Part shown: positions 60,119 through 64,000 of the stretch, piece after piece
Layout: each line of letters starts with the position of its first letter
How positions within the stretch are numbered: position 1 is the first letter of the stretch
Assembly (NCBI GenBank): GCA_009927045.1
Contig: RFNT01000062.1
Location: 3,971 to 67,970 of the forward strand
DNA: 64,000 bases
Direction of reading: 5' to 3'
Source: a bacterium
GTDB lineage: Bacteria > Bdellovibrionota > FAC87 > UBA2466
Notes under the pieces: generated by a model
What the model was told of the DNA's origin: nothing
Seen by the model: only the letters and a program-made list of their open reading frames with translations
Database searches by the model: none
Made by a program: the position numbers and the translations under genes

Positions 60119-63100
60119 ATGCAATACGGAACTAGGGGTCCAGGGACCTTCCATCGGTGGTTTTCAAAGAGTTTATTGCTTGGGCTGACTGCTTTAGTAA
60201 GCCTTGAAGTTGGGTTTGCAGAAACTCAAGGTCAGCACAATCCAGGGTTATTCAAACGGCGGCCTCTTGCCCGTATCCGAACCTGGCTGAGGGGCACTGA
60301 TTTAACCATCAATATGAATGGTTCCAAAGCTTCGTGCCAGAGTACGCCCGTTGCAAAAAAAGAATTGGATTCTCCTGCCGGTATGTGCCGAGTTGCTTTT
60401 TTAACGGCCGCTCATTGTGTGGATAGCAAAATGAAATCGATTGATATTGCGGGCCTTGGCGAAGTGCCCATATCCAGCATGAAAATCAGTATCCCCGATG
60501 AATATTTCCGAACAGGTGGCGGTCAAAGCCGTGAATCCCACCAGGGCGATAGCGCCACACTCATTTTTGATATTTCATGTGACCGCGCTGAAAATGTGAT
60601 TCCGGTGCCTTTAGCACCCACCTTAAGAGATGGCACTACGGCCATCACGACAAATCACGTGTATCTCCAAAAACGCCAAGAAGAAACTGTTGGGAATCGG
60701 GGTGAGGGCGCTCAAATCAAAGCGGATGTGACGAGTCAGGGCGGAAACATGTTTGAGTTTTTTGCGCCCTCTCCACAAGGCTATGCAATTGTGGGAGGGG
60801 ACTCGGGCGGACCTGTTTTTAATGAAAAAGGGCAATTGATTTGTCCTATCTCTGGTTCTTCTTATGAATTCAAACGAGAAACTGGCCAACTCACTCGACC
60901 TCGCAATAGCGAAGATTCTGTTTTAGATCCCTTCACAGTGATTTGTGATAAGCGCGCGATTGCACGCTTGAAAGAAGATTTAAAACGATTTGGCTTAACA
61001 CCCGCGAGTGGTTTAGAAGCCGGTGATGCTGTGGCCGATGCAGGCTCCTCCGCGGGAGCAGGCTCTCAGCGGCCTCTTGCAGGAGCGGCAGGTACTCCAG
61101 CAACACTTCCTCAACTTGGACAGCTCCCTTCCCTGGGAGGCGAAGAAGGAGAATGTAAGGATGGTGTCTGTCGCATCCCCGACCAACACGGACCAGGGGC
61201 TTTTTTAGGGGGTACAGATGCTTTGCCGGGTCTTCAACAACGGGCTCAATCTCAGTTACCAAGTGAATCAGAAACCCCTCAGATCCCACCTCGTTCCTCG
61301 GGAGGATTTTCTGAAGTGGGTCCTGTCAGAGCAGCCGATTTAGAAAATGTGATGGCAGAAGCTAAGAAAAAGGGCTTCAAACACATTGTTGTTCGGTATG
61401 GGAACGATGCTCGCTGCAAATACTGCCGTGACTTGCGAGAAGAACTCCGTCGTCAATTTGGAAGCGACAGCGATGTGATGGTCATCAAAGTAGAAGATGC
61501 TCGTCCCATTGCAGGCGAAGGCATTCCCCAGTCCCAGCTTTTTTCCCTGGATGAAACCAAAGGCGATTTCGAGCAGCAAGGGGGAACTCGAGTCGGCGCA
61601 GGCCACGGACGAGCCTATAAAGAACAAGTGAAATCCGAACGCACGGAACAGGCACAAGAGCGTCAACAAGCAACGCGGCCCGAGACTCCTGCACCTGAAC
61701 GGTCTCAGCAACAGCAAGCGCAACCGCTTCGCGATTCACGACGCCAAGAACAAGCTCAACGACCTGCAACTCCCGCCCCCCAACAAGCTCCTCCTCAGGA
61801 GCCCAGTCGATTGCCTTCTACCGACGAAGACACTATTGCAGCTCCAGAAGCACCTCGTAATGTCTTCAATGGCTACCAGTATAAAGCAGCAGAGGAAGGC
61901 GGCGGGCTTCACTTCCTGAAAACCGGAGAAACCCCTTCTGCTGAAAATGGAATTTTCCTGAAGAGATTGCCCGATGGCACTCGTAAAGCTGCAAGAAAAG
62001 ATGCTTCTGGGAAGTTGGAATTCTTGCCTGAGGATGTTCAAGACGGACTTCGTCAGTACTACACCGCTCACCAAGATAAAGTGGCTCACTTGCCAGAAAA
62101 ACAACGTGGCTATGTAGAAAATTTCATTCGTGGAACGGCTGCCGCTACACCACCTGCTGAACAACTCAGAGCAGAGGCACCTCAACAACAGCAACCCCAG
62201 CAAAAGCCCGAGAATCACCAATCTCCGCAAAAAGAAGAAAAGCCAAAAGAAAGACCCCAAGCTGAGAAACCGGCCGAGAAGCCGGAAGTCACTGCAGAGA
62301 ACGCTGTCGACTTTGAATGCGTCGCCAGTAAAGGGGGCTTCGCACCCAAGCGCAGAGGAGAGAATTTTAGACCACTCGGGGCCAGTGTATTTAAGGACAA
62401 AGCGCTGTGTGAACGCGCTGTTGCCAACTCTAAAAACGGTGCTGTGTGTAGTTTTACTGGCATTGGATTCAAACCCACTCATTTCAGTGGTTCTATTCCT
62501 AAACGAACAGATTATGGCTACTTAGGCGGATCCTCCATCACCAACTTCGAAGATTGTTTAAAAGCTACTCTCAATGCGACCGACAAAGCAATTTGCTACT
62601 ATGGCGGCGAAGGCACGCGGTGGTATTCGGGCGATATTCACGGCACGAATCAGCATCCAGCAGGAGTCCCCCGAGGTCCTTTCAATTCCGTAGATGCTTG
62701 TATTGCAGCCATCAACGGGGATGCCGAACTGAAAAAACCTTACGCCAAACTTGCCGAAAGAAAACCAGCTGAGGACAAACCCCAGCAAGAAGAAAAACCC
62801 AAAGCTGAAGTGAAACCTGTACCAGAAAGTAAACCTGCTCAAGATGAAAAGTTGGCTTCATCCCATGCTGTTTTTGGAAACCACTGTGCGGGATGCCACA
62901 GTCCCGGGTCTCAGAAAGTGAATGTGCCGGAATGGGCTACTGATGTGAAAGAATTGCAAAGCCGATTGGCCAGTGCAGACCCGAAAGTAAAAGCAGAGGC
63001 TCAAACTTGGGCTAAAAAACTCCATGCTGTTTTAGTAGAGCACAACAATATGCCCCCTACGGAAGCAGATAAAAAGCGCATGGAAAAAGATCCCCAAGTA

Positions 63101-64000
63101 CAAGCGCTCCGAGCCTTTCTCACTCAGCACCAGAGCCGAGAAGTCGCAAGTGCTCCAGCTACCAATGCAACGCAAGTGCTTCCACCTGAAAAGCTAGCTC
63201 AGTATCGTGAGATGCTTTCTCGAGTGAAAGTAGGCGACCAAGAAATCATGGCAGTATTGCAAGATCCCTCTACTTTGATTTTCGACGATAAGGCGATGCC
63301 AGCTGGGTACCAGGATACATCGCTCCCCGTGCAAGGGTTTCGCCCCAGCGGGCACACGACCTTTGCAGAGGGCGCCCCATTTCTCGATGAGAACAATCGC
63401 CTCAAACTGTTCACCAAAGGGGTTGGAATGAGCGCAGATGCTCAAACGTTCCACATGCTGTCTTTACCCAAAGACGAAAATGGCAAATTAAAACCTGTCG
63501 AATATTGGACTGAAAAAGATGCCAAGGATGGCGGCACGCTCTATCGCTGGCGTTTCCCCGAGGGTACGGTTTCAGTGGAAGCTATTGTACAAAAAGATTC
63601 GCAGGGTCAACCCTATGTAGTCGAGTTGCGCACTCGAAAGAAAGACGGTTTGAACAGTGCTGCTGAAGCAAATATTTTCTCGGCAGCGCCCAGTAAAGAA
63701 GCCCTGGAAACGCGTCTGACTCAAATAGCCCAAACAAATCCTAACTTGGCAGCAGAAGCTAAAGCCATTCAGCGCCAATTGGGTTCTCTAGAATTGCGCC
63801 CCGTAGAAGTTGATAATGGCCAATACCGCACACGCTTTGGGAGTAAAGGTGCTACAGCAACGTTGCCCAAAATGTCTGAGCCTTTGGTAAAAGAACTTTT
63901 GGGTGAACTGAGCTCTGCACGAGGCACTTCTTGGGATCAAGAGGGGGGAAGAACCGCTTTCGCTCCAACAACGGATCAGCAATTTGGTATTGTGCCTTAT
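60119..64000 (+). CDS. Giant secreted multidomain protein (>1294 aa, 3' end outside the window): S1 trypsin-like protease domain, CxxC thioredoxin-like segment, Cys-rich domain, CXXCH heme-binding motif
   Basis: The open frame from ATG 60119 (AAGGA 8 nt upstream) to the window end was checked codon-by-codon and contains no stops. Motifs present: 'LTAAHCV', 'GDSGGPVF' (S1 protease), 'ARCKYCRDL', 'FGNHCAGCHSPGS'. It is absent from the supplied ORF track. Confidence 0.7.
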   Translation, partial: MQYGTRGPGTFHRWFSKSLLLGLTALVSLEVGFAETQGQHNPGLFKRRPLARIRTWLRGTDLTINMNGSKASCQSTPVAKKELDSPAGMCRVAFLTAAHCVDSKMKSIDIAGLGEVPISSMKISIPDEYFRTGGGQSRESHQGDSATLIFDISCDRAENVIPVPLAPTLRDGTTAITTNHVYLQKRQEETVGNRGEGAQIKADVTSQGGNMFEFFAPSPQGYAIVGGDSGGPVFNEKGQLICPISGSSYEFKRETGQLTRPRNSEDSVLDPFTVICDKRAIARLKEDLKRFGLTPASGLEAGDAVADAGSSAGAGSQRPLAGAAGTPATLPQLGQLPSLGGEEGECKDGVCRIPDQHGPGAFLGGTDALPGLQQRAQSQLPSESETPQIPPRSSGGFSEVGPVRAADLENVMAEAKKKGFKHIVVRYGNDARCKYCRDLREELRRQFGSDSDVMVIKVEDARPIAGEGIPQSQLFSLDETKGDFEQQGGTRVGAGHGRAYKEQVKSERTEQAQERQQATRPETPAPERSQQQQAQPLRDSRRQEQAQRPATPAPQQAPPQEPSRLPSTDEDTIAAPEAPRNVFNGYQYKAAEEGGGLHFLKTGETPSAENGIFLKRLPDGTRKAARKDASGKLEFLPEDVQDGLRQYYTAHQDKVAHLPEKQRGYVENFIRGTAAATPPAEQLRAEAPQQQQPQQKPENHQSPQKEEKPKERPQAEKPAEKPEVTAENAVDFECVASKGGFAPKRRGENFRPLGASVFKDKALCERAVANSKNGAVCSFTGIGFKPTHFSGSIPKRTDYGYLGGSSITNFEDCLKATLNATDKAICYYGGEGTRWYSGDIHGTNQHPAGVPRGPFNSVDACIAAINGDAELKKPYAKLAERKPAEDKPQQEEKPKAEVKPVPESKPAQDEKLASSHAVFGNHCAGCHSPGSQKVNVPEWATDVKELQSRLASADPKVKAEAQTWAKKLHAVLVEHNNMPPTEADKKRMEKDPQVQALRAFLTQHQSREVASAPATNATQVLPPEKLAQYREMLSRVKVGDQEIMAVLQDPSTLIFDDKAMPAGYQDTSLPVQGFRPSGHTTFAEGAPFLDENNRLKLFTKGVGMSADAQTFHMLSLPKDENGKLKPVEYWTEKDAKDGGTLYRWRFPEGTVSVEAIVQKDSQGQPYVVELRTRKKDGLNSAAEANIFSAAPSKEALETRLTQIAQTNPNLAAEAKAIQRQLGSLELRPVEVDNGQYRTRFGSKGATATLPKMSEPLVKELLGELSSARGTSWDQEGGRTAFAPTTDQQFGIVPY

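Noticed and set aside
60623-62842. Several 60-250-aa minus-strand and short plus-strand ORFs in the track (60623..60889, 60933..61289, 61340..61723, 61485..61769, 61736..62482, 62130..62525, 62215..62478, 62554..62772, 62558..62842)
   Set aside because: They all lie inside, or antisense to, the long uninterrupted plus-strand frame beginning at 60119. That frame has recognisable protease and heme motifs. The overlapping ORFs show low-complexity or shadow-ORF composition.
1-64000. CRISPR arrays, rRNA, tRNA, tmRNA, insertion sequences/transposases, integrases
   Set aside because: No repeat-spacer periodicity, no T-loop/anticodon-arm-like structures in the few intergenic gaps, and no transposase- or integrase-like ORFs were seen. 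Covariance-model scans would be needed to exclude small RNAs fully.

Overview
This 64-kb window is a gene-dense, mostly housekeeping chromosomal segment with about 60 protein-coding genes on both strands. I found no rRNA, tRNA or CRISPR. The gene content suggests a Gram-negative, probably Bdellovibrio-like deltaproteobacterial lineage, but that is tentative. Supporting content: system-II cytochrome c biogenesis ccsBA, pal/ybgF, the MoxR-DUF58-BatA/BatB/BatD aerotolerance operon, class-I LysRS, and many signal-peptide proteins.

Recognisable genes, in order:
- an arginine-succinyltransferase fragment cluster: M20 peptidase, astA, astD-like
- ruvX, mltG
- a CoA-metabolism cluster: YciA-like thioesterase, 3-hydroxybutyryl-CoA dehydrogenase, stand-alone B12-binding domain
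- ccsA/ccsB, YgfZ-like, DUF971 + Mrp/ApbC, a Ser/Thr kinase
- two glycosyltransferases and a GDSL hydrolase
- 7TM-HD + ybeY, LolC/E-type permease, lysK (class I), 2Fe-2S ferredoxin
- the bat operon, rpoZ, RNase R, ubiB, pal-ybgF, ctpA, TadG-like protein, tsaD, rsmA, panBC, smpB

Three things stand out.
1. A more than 1294-codon ORF (60119 to the window end) is uninterrupted and absent from the supplied ORF track. It encodes a secreted multidomain protein: an S1 trypsin-like protease, a CxxC thioredoxin-like segment, a Cys-rich domain and a CXXCH heme motif.
2. The AstD-like aldehyde dehydrogenase has both catalytic residues substituted.
3. Several conserved genes (mrp, the kinase, the YciA-like thioesterase, a GNAT, a small secreted peptide) are broken by +/-1 frameshifts at homopolymer runs. 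This points to either sequencing error or widespread pseudogenisation.
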